Assembly: GCA_025453395.1 (NCBI GenBank)
Contig: JALOQK010000005.1
Span: 12,684 to 76,683 of the forward strand
From: Candidatus Omnitrophota bacterium
Lineage (GTDB): Bacteria > Omnitrophota > Gorgyraeia > Gygaellales > Profunditerraquicolaceae
Direction: 5' to 3'
Length of the DNA stretch: 64,000 nucleotides
A model generated the notes under the pieces. That model had not been told where the DNA came from and searched no databases. It saw only the letters and a program-made list of their open reading frames with translations. A program made the translations under genes and the position numbers. Positions 26,276 through 37,314 of this stretch are shown piece by piece; position 1 is the stretch's first letter; every line of letters begins with the position of its first letter.

Positions 26276-27412
26276 ATGAAGAAGAATTATTTATTGACTC
26301 CCGGTCCGACACCTTTACCGCCAGAAGTTTGTGAAGCAATGGCGCGTCCGATCATTCATCATCGCACTCCTCAGTTCCAAGAGATTCTAAAAGAAGCTGG
26401 CGAGGGGCTAAAGTATATTTTCCAGACTACCGAAGATGTTTTCATTCTTACTTCTTCTGGGACAGGAGCCATGGAATCAGCAGTGGTTAATCTTTTGTCC
26501 GCGCAAGACGCTGTTATTTGCGTGGAAACAGGTAAATTCGGCGAGCGCTGGACAGAATTATGCAAGGCCTACGGCGTGAACCCGGAAGTTATAAGCGTGG
26601 AATGGGGTAAAGCAGTTGACCCAAAAGTTATACAGGATAAACTAAAAGCAAACCCGAATATAAAAGCGGTATTTACCACTCTTTGCGAAACATCAACCGG
26701 TGTCACAAACGATATTGAAGCCATAGGCAAGGTAGTAAAGAATTCTAACGCGGTGTTGGTGGTTGATGCCATAAGCGGGCTGGGCGCGATTGATTTAAAA
26801 ACTGATGCCTGGGGCTGTGACGTAGTTGTTTCAGGTTCTCAAAAAGGCTTAATGCTTCCTCCGGGATTAGCGTTTATTTCCGTAAGCAAAAAAGCCTGGG
26901 AGAAAATAGAAGCCGCGAAACTGCCCAAGTATTATTTTAATTTGAAACAGGCTAAAAAGGCCTGGGCGTCTACCGATACACCGTTTACTCCCGGGATACC
27001 GGTTGTCATTGCTTTAAATGAGGCCTTAAAGATCATGCGTCAGGATGGGATTGAGAATATTTTCTCCCGTCATAAGAAAATGGCCGATGCCACAAGAAAT
27101 GCCATGCAGGGTTTGGGTTTGGAACTTTTTTCTCCAACAGCCGCTAGCGATGTAGTCACGGCAGTGAAAGTCCCGCAAGGCATAGATGGAGAGAAATTAG
27201 TCAAGACTATGCGTGATGTTCATGGAGTTACTATTGCCGGAGGCCAGGCGGAGTTAAAAGGCAAAGTTTTTAGAATCGCGCATATGGGGTATATTACGGA
27301 ATTTGATATTATACTTTGCGTAGCCTGCCTTGAAAAAGTTTTAGCGCAGATGGGCTATAAGTTTAATCTGGGCGCTGGTTTAAAAGCCGCTCAAGAGGTG
27401 TTTCTAAAATAA
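26276..27412 (+). CDS. Class V aminotransferase (serine-glyoxylate/phosphoserine aminotransferase family)
   Basis: LLTPGPTPLPPEV start and SGSQKGLMLPPG PLP-lysine region. Adjacent to serA, so likely covers the SerC step. Confidence 0.8.
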   Translation: MKKNYLLTPGPTPLPPEVCEAMARPIIHHRTPQFQEILKEAGEGLKYIFQTTEDVFILTSSGTGAMESAVVNLLSAQDAVICVETGKFGERWTELCKAYGVNPEVISVEWGKAVDPKVIQDKLKANPNIKAVFTTLCETSTGVTNDIEAIGKVVKNSNAVLVVDAISGLGAIDLKTDAWGCDVVVSGSQKGLMLPPGLAFISVSKKAWEKIEAAKLPKYYFNLKQAKKAWASTDTPFTPGIPVVIALNEALKIMRQDGIENIFSRHKKMADATRNAMQGLGLELFSPTAASDVVTAVKVPQGIDGEKLVKTMRDVHGVTIAGGQAELKGKVFRIAHMGYITEFDIILCVACLEKVLAQMGYKFNLGAGLKAAQEVFLK

Positions 27413-27484
27413 TTCCTTGTTTCTCTTTTATTTATTGAATATTGGGATTTGGTATTATTGGGATTTATTAAATAGGGGGTTATT

Positions 27485-29071
27485 ATGTTTAAGATCTTAG
27501 TAAGCGATGCATTATCTGAAGAAGGGTTAAAAATATTAAAAGAGGTTAAAGATTTTACTGTTGATGTTAATACCCAGCTTAAGCCCGAAGAGCTTAAAGA
27601 GGCGATTAAGGATTACGACGCGCTTATTGTGCGCAGCGCCACAAAAGTAACAAAAGATGTATTATCCAATGCCGGTAAACTTAAGGTAGTCGGCCGCGCC
27701 GGAGTAGGGTTGGATAATGTGGACCTTGAAGCTGCCACTAGCAAGGGCGTGATTGTAATGAATACTCCCGAAGGAAACACTATTTCTACCGCAGAGCTTA
27801 GCGTAAGCATGATTTTAGCTTTGTCGCGTAATATCCCGCAGGCCAATTCTTCAGTAAAAAAAGGAGAATGGAAGCGTTCTAAATTTATAGGGGCGGAACT
27901 TTACGGCAAAGTCTTAGGCGTGGTCGGGTTTGGCCGCATTGGTTCGGCAGTTGCCAAGAGATGTTTGTCTTTTGGGATGAAGGTTGTGGCCTTTGATCCA
28001 TTTCTTTCTAAAGAAGTTGCCGAAAGCTTAGGTGTTGAAATAGCGGATCTTAATGATTGTTTAGCGAGAGCGGATTTTATTACTGTGCATACGCCTTTGA
28101 CCGAAGATACAAAGCATATGATCTCCACAGCCCAATTCGCCTTGATGAAAAAAGGCGTAAGGGTGGTTAACTGCGCAAGAGGCGGGATTATAGATGAGAA
28201 CGCGCTTGTGGCTGCCTTAAAGGAAGGCAAGGTTGCCGCCGCAGCCTTAGATGTTTTTGAAAAAGAGCCGGTTGCACAAGACCATGAGCTTTTAAAGTTA
28301 GATAATGTGGTAGTTACTCCGCACTTAGGGGCCAATACCGAAGAAGCTCAAGTAAACGTTGCCATAGAGGTTGCCCAGATCGTAAGAGATGCCCTCTTGG
28401 GAAGAGGCATAAGAAACGCTGCTAATTATCCTTGCCTTGAGGCAGAGGTTTGTAAATTCCTTGATCCCTATATTAATTTATGCGAGAAGATAGGGATGTT
28501 CTCGGGCCAGATAGTAGAGGGAAGGTATCAGGAATTAAATATTACTTATGTCGGAGAGATCGCGCAGTATGACCTTAAGCCTTTAACCATGGCGTTGGTT
28601 AAGGGGATTTTGTCTCCGATCATGCAGGAGACGGTTAATTTTATAAATGCCATTAGCCTTGCCAAAGAAAGAGGTATTAAGGTTAAAGAAGGAAAGTCTC
28701 CGGCAGAAGATGAGTTTATTAATTTGGTTAAGATTGAAATCAAGACTGATAAAGAAACGCGTAAGGTTTGCGGAACGCTATCTCCGAATAAAAAACCAAG
28801 GATCGTTAAGATTGATGAGTATTATCTTGAGCTTGCGCCTGTGGGGGAAGTAGTGATGATCCAGAATAATGACGTTCCGGGGATCATCGGTAATTTAGGC
28901 ACGCTTATGGGAAAACACAAAATTAATATCGCGGCGATGACTTTCGGCAGGGAAAAGCCCGGAGGAAAAGCTGTGTCGCTTTTAAATGTGGACAGCCCTA
29001 TCTCGGCGGCGCTGCAAGATGAGATCAGAAAGATTGAGAATATACTTTCAGTAAAACTGATAAGACTATGA
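27485..29071 (+). CDS. serA: D-3-phosphoglycerate dehydrogenase (with ASB and ACT domains)
   Basis: GVVGFGRIGSAVAKR NAD site and C-terminal ACT region. Confidence 0.9.
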   Translation: MFKILVSDALSEEGLKILKEVKDFTVDVNTQLKPEELKEAIKDYDALIVRSATKVTKDVLSNAGKLKVVGRAGVGLDNVDLEAATSKGVIVMNTPEGNTISTAELSVSMILALSRNIPQANSSVKKGEWKRSKFIGAELYGKVLGVVGFGRIGSAVAKRCLSFGMKVVAFDPFLSKEVAESLGVEIADLNDCLARADFITVHTPLTEDTKHMISTAQFALMKKGVRVVNCARGGIIDENALVAALKEGKVAAAALDVFEKEPVAQDHELLKLDNVVVTPHLGANTEEAQVNVAIEVAQIVRDALLGRGIRNAANYPCLEAEVCKFLDPYINLCEKIGMFSGQIVEGRYQELNITYVGEIAQYDLKPLTMALVKGILSPIMQETVNFINAISLAKERGIKVKEGKSPAEDEFINLVKIEIKTDKETRKVCGTLSPNKKPRIVKIDEYYLELAPVGEVVMIQNNDVPGIIGNLGTLMGKHKINIAAMTFGREKPGGKAVSLLNVDSPISAALQDEIRKIENILSVKLIRL

Positions 29072-30867
29072 TGGATTCCAAATTCCAACCACCAAACACC
29101 AAGCGGCCGTTTTGTAAATTGGTGTTTCGGAATTGGTTATTATTTGTAATTTGTAATTTGGTTATTGGTTATTCTCTACTATTCGCCCAGGAAATTACTA
29201 TTATCTATACCGGGCAAACCCACGCCATGCTCTATACCTGTACTTGCCCCGTTGAGACAGACGGAGGAGTTGCCCGCAGGGCGTCTTTGATAAAGCAAAT
29301 AAAGAAAGAGAAGCCCGCGGGAAGTGTTCTTGTGGTAGATTCGGGCAATTTCTTTGCCGCAGGCATATTGGATGAGTTCTCGCAGGACACCGCTCTTAAT
29401 AGCTTGCGCAACGAATATAACCTGAAAGCGCTTCTTGCGATAGGTTATGACGCGCTGTGTTTGGGGGATGATGAGTTCAATTTTGGCGCGGATTATCTTA
29501 AGGAAAAGATCCAGGGTGGCAAGTTTAATTTTGTTTCAAGCAATATATCATTAAAGTCCGCAGCGCCTGAAATACCGGCTTATATCATTAAGCAGGTAAG
29601 CGGCATTAAGGCGGCGATTATCGGATTAACCGCTGAGCAGGCCGCCATAAAATCCGCCGGAAGCATTAATTTTATCCGTCCGGATTTAGCTTTGAGGCAT
29701 GCGATTTTTAAGGCGAAGCAGGAAGGCGCAAATTTTATAGTTGTTTTAAGCAATCTTGCGCACAATCAAAATGTTTCTTTTCTTTCGCAGGTTGACGGGG
29801 TGGATGTTTTAGTCGCCAACGAATCCGCTCGGGATAAGGTTTCCGAGAAGGTTAATAATACGGTAATAGTCTATCCCTCGTGGCAGGGCAGGAAGCTGGG
29901 GGTTTTATCTTTGAAACTTGAAGGCGCCAAGATACAAAATTATCAAGCGGATTTAATCCGCCTTTCGGATAAGGTAGGTGATGACCCGGAAATCACCAAG
30001 ATTATGCCGCGTTGCTTCATGGATATTAATTGCCGCAATAAAAGCGCGATTGGCGTCTGCCAAAATCCATCAGAAATGAAGGCTTCTTGTCAATTCCCTC
30101 AGGCAAGAAAAATAAAATTAACCGTTATTACCCATAAAGATTGCTTAGGATGTGATTATGAGCATTTGCTGAATCTTATCAAGAGAGATTTGCCCGGGGC
30201 GCAGCCGGCATATGTGTATTACCCTGAAGATAGAGCAAAGAAATTAATCAAGGATCTGAAAATTAATTTCCTGCCCGCTTATGTCTTGCCTAAAGATATT
30301 GATAAACAGCCTGGTTTCTCCGGCATAAGCGGTAAGTTGGAAGATAAGGGAAGTTTATATCTTATCAAGCCGGAGTTTTCTGGAGTGGCTATGTACCTTG
30401 ACCGGCCCAAAAAGGATGGCCTGGATCTATTTTTAAGTATTTACGATAAGGCTTCTGCGCAGGTATTAGAAAATTCTATTGGTACTGGCGCAAGGTTGCA
30501 TTTTTTGGCAATACAGAACCAGGCGGGCTTTGACGCGATGCAAGGGAATCTTGAAGTTGAAGAATATTTGCGCGCTGTGTGCGTAGAGAAATATTACCCT
30601 GATCAATATTGGGATTATGTCTTATGCCGCAGCAAGAACCTGAATTCAAGCTGGTGGCAGGATTGCCTGACCGGGGCGGACCAAGAGAAAATACATTCTT
30701 GCGCCACAACCGGCGAAGGCAAAGACCTTCTTTCCCAGAATATAAGCTTGAGTCAACAGCTTAGGATTATGATGGGCCCAGCGTATCTTTTAAATAATCA
30801 GCAAATCTTTTCTTTAAAACAGCCTTTAACCAATAAGCAGTTGAAGGAAATCATTCAGGGCCGCTAG
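29068..30867 (+). CDS. Secreted multidomain protein: degenerate 5'-nucleotidase/metallophosphatase-like N-domain plus thioredoxin/DsbA-like C-terminal region (CLGC motif)
   Basis: Motif positions align to the calcineurin-like fold but with substitutions: IIYTGQTHA (not GDxHG), VVDSGNFF, GDDEFNFG (not GNHE). Later THKDCLGCDY and MMGPAYLLNNQQIF look thioredoxin-fold-like. The signal/TM segment is encoded by a family A repeat. Confidence 0.5.
   Translation: MMDSKFQPPNTKRPFCKLVFRNWLLFVICNLVIGYSLLFAQEITIIYTGQTHAMLYTCTCPVETDGGVARRASLIKQIKKEKPAGSVLVVDSGNFFAAGILDEFSQDTALNSLRNEYNLKALLAIGYDALCLGDDEFNFGADYLKEKIQGGKFNFVSSNISLKSAAPEIPAYIIKQVSGIKAAIIGLTAEQAAIKSAGSINFIRPDLALRHAIFKAKQEGANFIVVLSNLAHNQNVSFLSQVDGVDVLVANESARDKVSEKVNNTVIVYPSWQGRKLGVLSLKLEGAKIQNYQADLIRLSDKVGDDPEITKIMPRCFMDINCRNKSAIGVCQNPSEMKASCQFPQARKIKLTVITHKDCLGCDYEHLLNLIKRDLPGAQPAYVYYPEDRAKKLIKDLKINFLPAYVLPKDIDKQPGFSGISGKLEDKGSLYLIKPEFSGVAMYLDRPKKDGLDLFLSIYDKASAQVLENSIGTGARLHFLAIQNQAGFDAMQGNLEVEEYLRAVCVEKYYPDQYWDYVLCRSKNLNSSWWQDCLTGADQEKIHSCATTGEGKDLLSQNISLSQQLRIMMGPAYLLNNQQIFSLKQPLTNKQLKEIIQGR
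29078..29175 (+). repeat. Family A palindrome (centre GCGGCCG) lying inside the 5' end of the 29068 ORF
   Basis: ccaaattccaaccaccaaacaccaa gcggccg ttttgtaaattggtgtttcggaattgg, followed by ttattatttgtaatttgtaatttggttattggttatt. Confidence 0.75.
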
Positions 30868-30891
30868 TTTTTAGCAAAAGGGGGTATCGTT

Positions 30892-32127
30892 ATGGAAAAA
30901 AGAAAAATATATCTTGTGGATGTGACAAATCGTGACGGGGTGCAGACTTCAAGGATTTGTTTATCTAAATTACAGAAGACAATGATCAATATTTATTTAA
31001 ATCAGATGGGGGTTTTTCAGTCGGAATTCGGGTTCCCCATGACCCGCCATGAAACAAATTACTTAAACGCTAATTTAGAATTGGCGCAGGCAGGTGAATT
31101 GTCTCCCATCAGGCTTGGGGGCTGGATCCGGGCCACGCGCGAAGATGTCTCAACGGCTTTTAAACTTTTGCCTAAGATCAAACACCTGAATCTTTCAATT
31201 TCAACTTCTGACCAGATGATCGTGCATAAATTTAAAGGCAAGTTGGATCACGCCTCTATAATCAATGAAATGACTGAGGCTGTGCATTTGGCGCGCCAAG
31301 CCGGCGCAGAAAGCATTGGAGTTAACGCGGAAGATGCCTCGCGCACGCGCATTGAGTATCTGAAGGAATTTTCACTTGCCGCAAAGAAATCCGGCGCGGA
31401 CCGCATTCGTTATTGCGATACCCTTGGATGCGATACGCCATTTTCCATCTATGATAGGATTAAGGATTTAGCTGAAGCGGTAAAGCTTCCTATAGAAGTG
31501 CATTGCCATAATGATTTGGGTTTGGTGGTAGCAAATTCCATTGCCGGAGCAAAGGCAGCCAATGATGCCGGATGTGACGCGTATATCAATACTTGCGTGA
31601 ATGGCATGGGCGAGCGCGCGGGTAACGCAGATCTGGTATCGGTAATTTTGGCGGTTAAGTATGGCCATGGCATGCAGGATTATTGTTTGGATGAAAGAAT
31701 AAACCTGAAGATGGCATGGAAGACCTGCACCTATGCTTCTTATGCTTTTGGCGTTGCTATACCCATAAATCAGCCCGGCATAGGAGCGAATGCCTTTGCC
31801 CATGAGTCTGGTATTCACGCCGACGGAGCTTTAAAAGACAGGCGCAATTATGAGCTGTATGATTTTGAAGAGTTAGGAAGAGGCGAACCGGAAATCATTG
31901 AAACCGGCAGGAAAATTACCGCCGGTGAATATTCCGGGATAAAAGGATTCCGCAATGTTTATGAAAAGCTTGAAGTTGAGTTTAAGGATGATGCCGAGGC
32001 GACAAAGATTTTGGAGTTAGTCCGTTACGCTAATGTGCATAATCAGAAACCTTTAGTTGACTCAGAGCTGCAGTTTATTGCCAAATATCCGGATATCGCA
32101 CGTAAGATTTTTACTATGAATCCGTGA
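30892..32127 (+). CDS. LeuA/homocitrate/citramalate/Re-citrate synthase family enzyme (DRE-TIM), short form without the LeuA regulatory domain
   Basis: DVTNRDGVQ and HCHNDLGLVVANSIAGAKAA ... GMGERAGNADL. Confidence 0.75.
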   Translation: MEKRKIYLVDVTNRDGVQTSRICLSKLQKTMINIYLNQMGVFQSEFGFPMTRHETNYLNANLELAQAGELSPIRLGGWIRATREDVSTAFKLLPKIKHLNLSISTSDQMIVHKFKGKLDHASIINEMTEAVHLARQAGAESIGVNAEDASRTRIEYLKEFSLAAKKSGADRIRYCDTLGCDTPFSIYDRIKDLAEAVKLPIEVHCHNDLGLVVANSIAGAKAANDAGCDAYINTCVNGMGERAGNADLVSVILAVKYGHGMQDYCLDERINLKMAWKTCTYASYAFGVAIPINQPGIGANAFAHESGIHADGALKDRRNYELYDFEELGRGEPEIIETGRKITAGEYSGIKGFRNVYEKLEVEFKDDAEATKILELVRYANVHNQKPLVDSELQFIAKYPDIARKIFTMNP

Positions 32128-32140
32128 AGAAAGTGGATAG

Positions 32141-33412
<1,272 letters not shown>

Positions 33413-33522
33413 AATAAAACAGGCAGTTGTTACTTGAAAAAACCTTGACTAAAACCCCTGGGCGTGTTATAGTTAAATTCCATTCAAAATTCCTAAAAAA
33501 GTAAATAGGAGGGTAGGTTAAA

Positions 33523-34173
33523 ATGAAAAAAACAATCACTAAATTATTAGTTATATTGCTGTCTGCGTCTTTTATTTCCGGATGTACTTTTATTTTTCAG
33601 GTGGGCAGGCGTTCTGACAGCGAGAAAATTGATAAATTGTCAAAGCAGGTTGATCAGCTAAGCAAGGTTAAAAGCCTTTTGGAGCAGAGATTGGCTCAGG
33701 AAATACAGGATAAGCAGGTTAGCTTAAAGATGAGTGAACGCGGCCTTGTGATTACTTTCCTGGCGGATATACTCTTTGATTCTGGTAAAAATCAGATTAA
33801 AACCGATGCCTATCCTATTCTTAATAAAGTAGCGCGGATTTTACAGGAAAATGTGCCGGACCTTAAAGTGGGCATTGAAGGCCATACCGATAATGTGCCG
33901 ATTAAGTTTTCGGGCTGGAAATCAAATTGGGAGCTTTCAACAGCCAGGGGCTTAAGTGTTTTGCATTATCTGGTTGATGAAAAGGGCGTTTCTCCGGAAC
34001 GCATTTCCGCGATAGGCTACGGCGAACACAGCCCGGTAAGCTCTAATTCAAGCGCTGAAGGAAGAAAACTTAACCGCAGGGTGGAAGTGGTTATTTATCC
34101 TAAAGTGACCAAGGTGCGCGGTGAACAAAATCCCGAAGAAAAAGCTTATGTGCCGTCCGGGAAAATTAAATAA
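33523..34173 (+). CDS. OmpA-family lipoprotein (peptidoglycan-binding OmpA C-like domain)
   Basis: Lipobox LSASFISGC and TDNVPIKFSGWKSNWELSTARGLSVLHYL...NRRVEVVI. Confidence 0.8.
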   Translation: MKKTITKLLVILLSASFISGCTFIFQVGRRSDSEKIDKLSKQVDQLSKVKSLLEQRLAQEIQDKQVSLKMSERGLVITFLADILFDSGKNQIKTDAYPILNKVARILQENVPDLKVGIEGHTDNVPIKFSGWKSNWELSTARGLSVLHYLVDEKGVSPERISAIGYGEHSPVSSNSSAEGRKLNRRVEVVIYPKVTKVRGEQNPEEKAYVPSGKIK

Positions 34174-34181
34174 AAGATAAA

Positions 34182-34592
34182 ATGGCAGGTAATCTTCCCT
34201 CTATTTTTAAGAATCGCATAGCGGTTATTTTAGGTTTGATATGCTGTATCCTTGTTGTTATTACGGTTAATTCATGCCTGGAAGTATCTAAGCATAGAAA
34301 TGCCCGTCAGCAGGAAATGGCAGTGCGTTTAGACGCGGAAGAAAATCTAAACAAGATTACTAAAGATAAAACAGCCTGTCAGCTTAAGGCATCTGAAATT
34401 AGCAAGCAGCTAGAAGAGCAAAAAAGCGCCTTTGAATCAAATAAAAAAGCCTTGGTGCAAGAACAGTTGATCAATCAAAGCCTTAAGGAAGAGCTGGCTA
34501 AGGTTACCAGGGTCAAGGAAGCCTTGGAGCAGGAGCTTAAAGATGCGCTTACCCAAGCAAGTAAGGCTGTTGAGCAAAAGAGCACTAAATGA
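34182..34592 (+). CDS. Hypothetical membrane-anchored coiled-coil protein
   Basis: One TM helix, then heptad-rich EQ/K-rich sequence. No recognisable family. Confidence 0.4.
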   Translation: MAGNLPSIFKNRIAVILGLICCILVVITVNSCLEVSKHRNARQQEMAVRLDAEENLNKITKDKTACQLKASEISKQLEEQKSAFESNKKALVQEQLINQSLKEELAKVTRVKEALEQELKDALTQASKAVEQKSTK

Positions 34593-34669
34593 AGTAAACA
34601 ATAGAGGGAGTAAGGCCTTTTCATCAAGGGGATAGAAATCCCCTTTTTTATTCCCTAAGGAGGGTTGTT

Positions 34670-35722
34670 ATGGCGATTCTTAAAAAGATCCGGGATAAGA
34701 TTAAAGGAGTAATCACCAAGACCAGGGATAGCAAGTTAATAAAGAGTATTCCCGCCAGGTTTAAAGCAAAATCTTTATTGAAGAAAAAAGAACCCGTGCA
34801 GGATCCCAAGAGAGAGGTGATGGGCTCTCATGAGACTTTAGTCGGCCAGGCTAAGTTTTACAGCCCTCAAGCAAAAGCTCAAACTGCGCGTTTCGTGAAA
34901 GATCTGCCCGCAGGTTACGGCAATGTGCGCATTGTGGCTATGGTGCGTGATCCTTGGTGGATACATACATACTGGGAGATTACCCAGGATACTTGGGATA
35001 ACCTTAAGTCGCGTTTAAAAGAGAATTTTTCCTCGGCTAAATTAGTCTTACGGGTCTATGATGTGACCAATGTCATGTTTAACGGCAGAAATGCCCATAG
35101 ATTCTTTGACGTGGAATTAGGTTACGGGGCTAATAGCTGGTATATAGATACCGGTGGCCCGGGAAGGGCTTGGTGCGTGGATATTGGATTAAGGCTGGCT
35201 AATGGAGAGTTTATCCTTATCGCGCGCTCCAATGTTGTTTCTACCCCTCTTGACGGGCCGTCATGGATCACTGATGAAGAATGGATGATCCCTGAAGAAA
35301 TGTTTGCCCGGCTTTATGGCATGGGTTTTGGTTTTGGAAGAAGCTCCCCACTTGGAAAAGCCTGGCAGGAAAGAATGCGAAGGGCCCTTTTTTCTGGAAT
35401 CCTGGCTTCTCCGGGCATGGCTTCTATGGCAAGCCCGGTTAAGAAACAGGCCCCTAAACAGAGAAAATTCTGGATGTGGGTGAATACTGAATTAATTGTC
35501 TATGGCGCTACAGAGCCGGATGCCAAGGTTACTGTGCAGGGGAAAACGATTACCTTGCGTCCCGACGGGACTTTTAGCTTGAGGTTTGCTCTGCCCGACG
35601 GTAAACAGGTAATACCGGTAGAAGCAACTTCTTCCGATGAAATTGATACTATTACCATTACGCCGATTGTGGAAAAAGACACAAAACATAACTCTGTGAC
35701 ACGACAGACAACGGGGGCTTAA
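34670..35722 (+). CDS. DUF4912-like protein (GH57-associated)
   Basis: VRIVAMVRDPWWIHTYWEIT...LRVYDVTNV...WYIDTG pattern. Translationally coupled to the GH57 gene (35722). Confidence 0.55.
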   Translation: MAILKKIRDKIKGVITKTRDSKLIKSIPARFKAKSLLKKKEPVQDPKREVMGSHETLVGQAKFYSPQAKAQTARFVKDLPAGYGNVRIVAMVRDPWWIHTYWEITQDTWDNLKSRLKENFSSAKLVLRVYDVTNVMFNGRNAHRFFDVELGYGANSWYIDTGGPGRAWCVDIGLRLANGEFILIARSNVVSTPLDGPSWITDEEWMIPEEMFARLYGMGFGFGRSSPLGKAWQERMRRALFSGILASPGMASMASPVKKQAPKQRKFWMWVNTELIVYGATEPDAKVTVQGKTITLRPDGTFSLRFALPDGKQVIPVEATSSDEIDTITITPIVEKDTKHNSVTRQTTGA

Positions 35723-37302
35723 TGAATAAGGGATATCTATGCATAGTGCTGCATAGCCATTTGCCTTTTGTCAGGCATCCTGAACATGAGGATTTCTTAG
35801 AGGAAGATTGGCTGTACGAGGCAATTACTGAAACATATACTCCGCTTATTCATATGTTTGAAGGCCTGGACAGGGATGGCGTGGATTTCCGTTTGACCAT
35901 GTCGCTTACTCCGACGCTGATCTCCATGCTTTCGGACTCACTTTTACAGGACAGGTATCTTAAACACATAAATAGATTAATTGAGCTGGCGCATAAAGAA
36001 GTTGAGCGCACGCGTTGGCAGCCGGAATTTCAGAGTTTGGCTACCATGTATTTAAACACATTTTGTAATTCCCGGGATACTTTCAACCGCTATGGAAAGA
36101 ATTTAGTAAATGCCTTTAAGCGTTTTCAGGATTTAGGCAAGCTTGAGATCATTACCTGCGGCGCCACCCACGGTTATTTTCCGCTTATGGAACCATGCCG
36201 GGAATCTGTCAGGGCGCAGATTAAAGTAGCGGTTGCGCATTATGAAAACGCCCTTGGCCGGCGGCCAAACGGGATTTGGCTTCCGGAATGCGGTTTTATG
36301 CCCGGGCACGACGAGATATTAAAAGAGGCAGGGATCAAATATTTCTTTTCCGACGCGCATGGCGTTTTGCATGGCAGCCCTCGTCCTAAGTATGGGGTTT
36401 TTGCGCCTGTCTATTGCAAGTCCGGCATTGCCTGTTTTGCCAGAGACCTTGAATCCTCAAAGCAGGTTTGGTCTTCAATTGAGGGCTATCCCGGTGATTA
36501 TGATTACCGCGAATTCTATCGTGATATAGGTTTTGATCTGGAGCACGACTATATCAAGCCCTATATCCATCCCGACGGGATACGCATCAATACCGGTATA
36601 AAATATTATCGTATTACCGGAAGCGATGATAAAAAGCCGTACAATCCGCTTGCTGCCAGAGAAAAGGCCGCCCAGCATGCCGGAAATTTCATGTTTAACC
36701 GTGAAAAGCAGGTGGAATATCTTTATGATTTTATGCAAAAAAAGCCGATGATCGTTTCTCCGTATGACGCGGAACTCTACGGGCATTGGTGGTATGAGGG
36801 GCCGATGTGGCTTGACTTCTTGATCCGCAAGATTCATTTTGACCAGAAAACTATAAAGATGACCACCCCCACAGAGTATCTTATGGAAAATCCGCGCAAT
36901 CAGGTAGTTACTCCTTCTATGTCAAGCTGGGGTTGGAAAGGTTATAGTGAGATGTGGCTTCAGGGCTCTAATGACTGGGTCTACCGGCATCTGCACGCGG
37001 CATCAAACAGGATGACAGAATTAGCCAAAGAATATTCTTCTTCTAATCCAAACGGTACTTTGCGCCGCAGCCTCAATCAAGCTTTAAGAGAGCTTCTTTT
37101 GGCTCAGAGTTCTGACTGGGCTTTTATCCTTGGCACAGGCACGCACACTTCTTACGCTATTAACCGGACAAAGGAGCATCTCCTGCGTTTCAATACGCTG
37201 TATGAGCAGATCAAGTCCAGCTGTATTGATGAGGCGTATTTAGCGGATATAGAATATAAGGATAATATATTCCCCGCGATAGATTATCGGGTCCACCAAT
37301 AA
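35722..37302 (+). CDS. Glycoside hydrolase family 57 (alpha-glucan branching/amylopullulanase-like)
   Basis: CIVLHSHLPFVRHPE (HxHxP signature of GH57) and length about 526 aa. Confidence 0.85.
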   Translation: MNKGYLCIVLHSHLPFVRHPEHEDFLEEDWLYEAITETYTPLIHMFEGLDRDGVDFRLTMSLTPTLISMLSDSLLQDRYLKHINRLIELAHKEVERTRWQPEFQSLATMYLNTFCNSRDTFNRYGKNLVNAFKRFQDLGKLEIITCGATHGYFPLMEPCRESVRAQIKVAVAHYENALGRRPNGIWLPECGFMPGHDEILKEAGIKYFFSDAHGVLHGSPRPKYGVFAPVYCKSGIACFARDLESSKQVWSSIEGYPGDYDYREFYRDIGFDLEHDYIKPYIHPDGIRINTGIKYYRITGSDDKKPYNPLAAREKAAQHAGNFMFNREKQVEYLYDFMQKKPMIVSPYDAELYGHWWYEGPMWLDFLIRKIHFDQKTIKMTTPTEYLMENPRNQVVTPSMSSWGWKGYSEMWLQGSNDWVYRHLHAASNRMTELAKEYSSSNPNGTLRRSLNQALRELLLAQSSDWAFILGTGTHTSYAINRTKEHLLRFNTLYEQIKSSCIDEAYLADIEYKDNIFPAIDYRVHQ

Positions 37303-37314
37303 ATATAAATAGAA

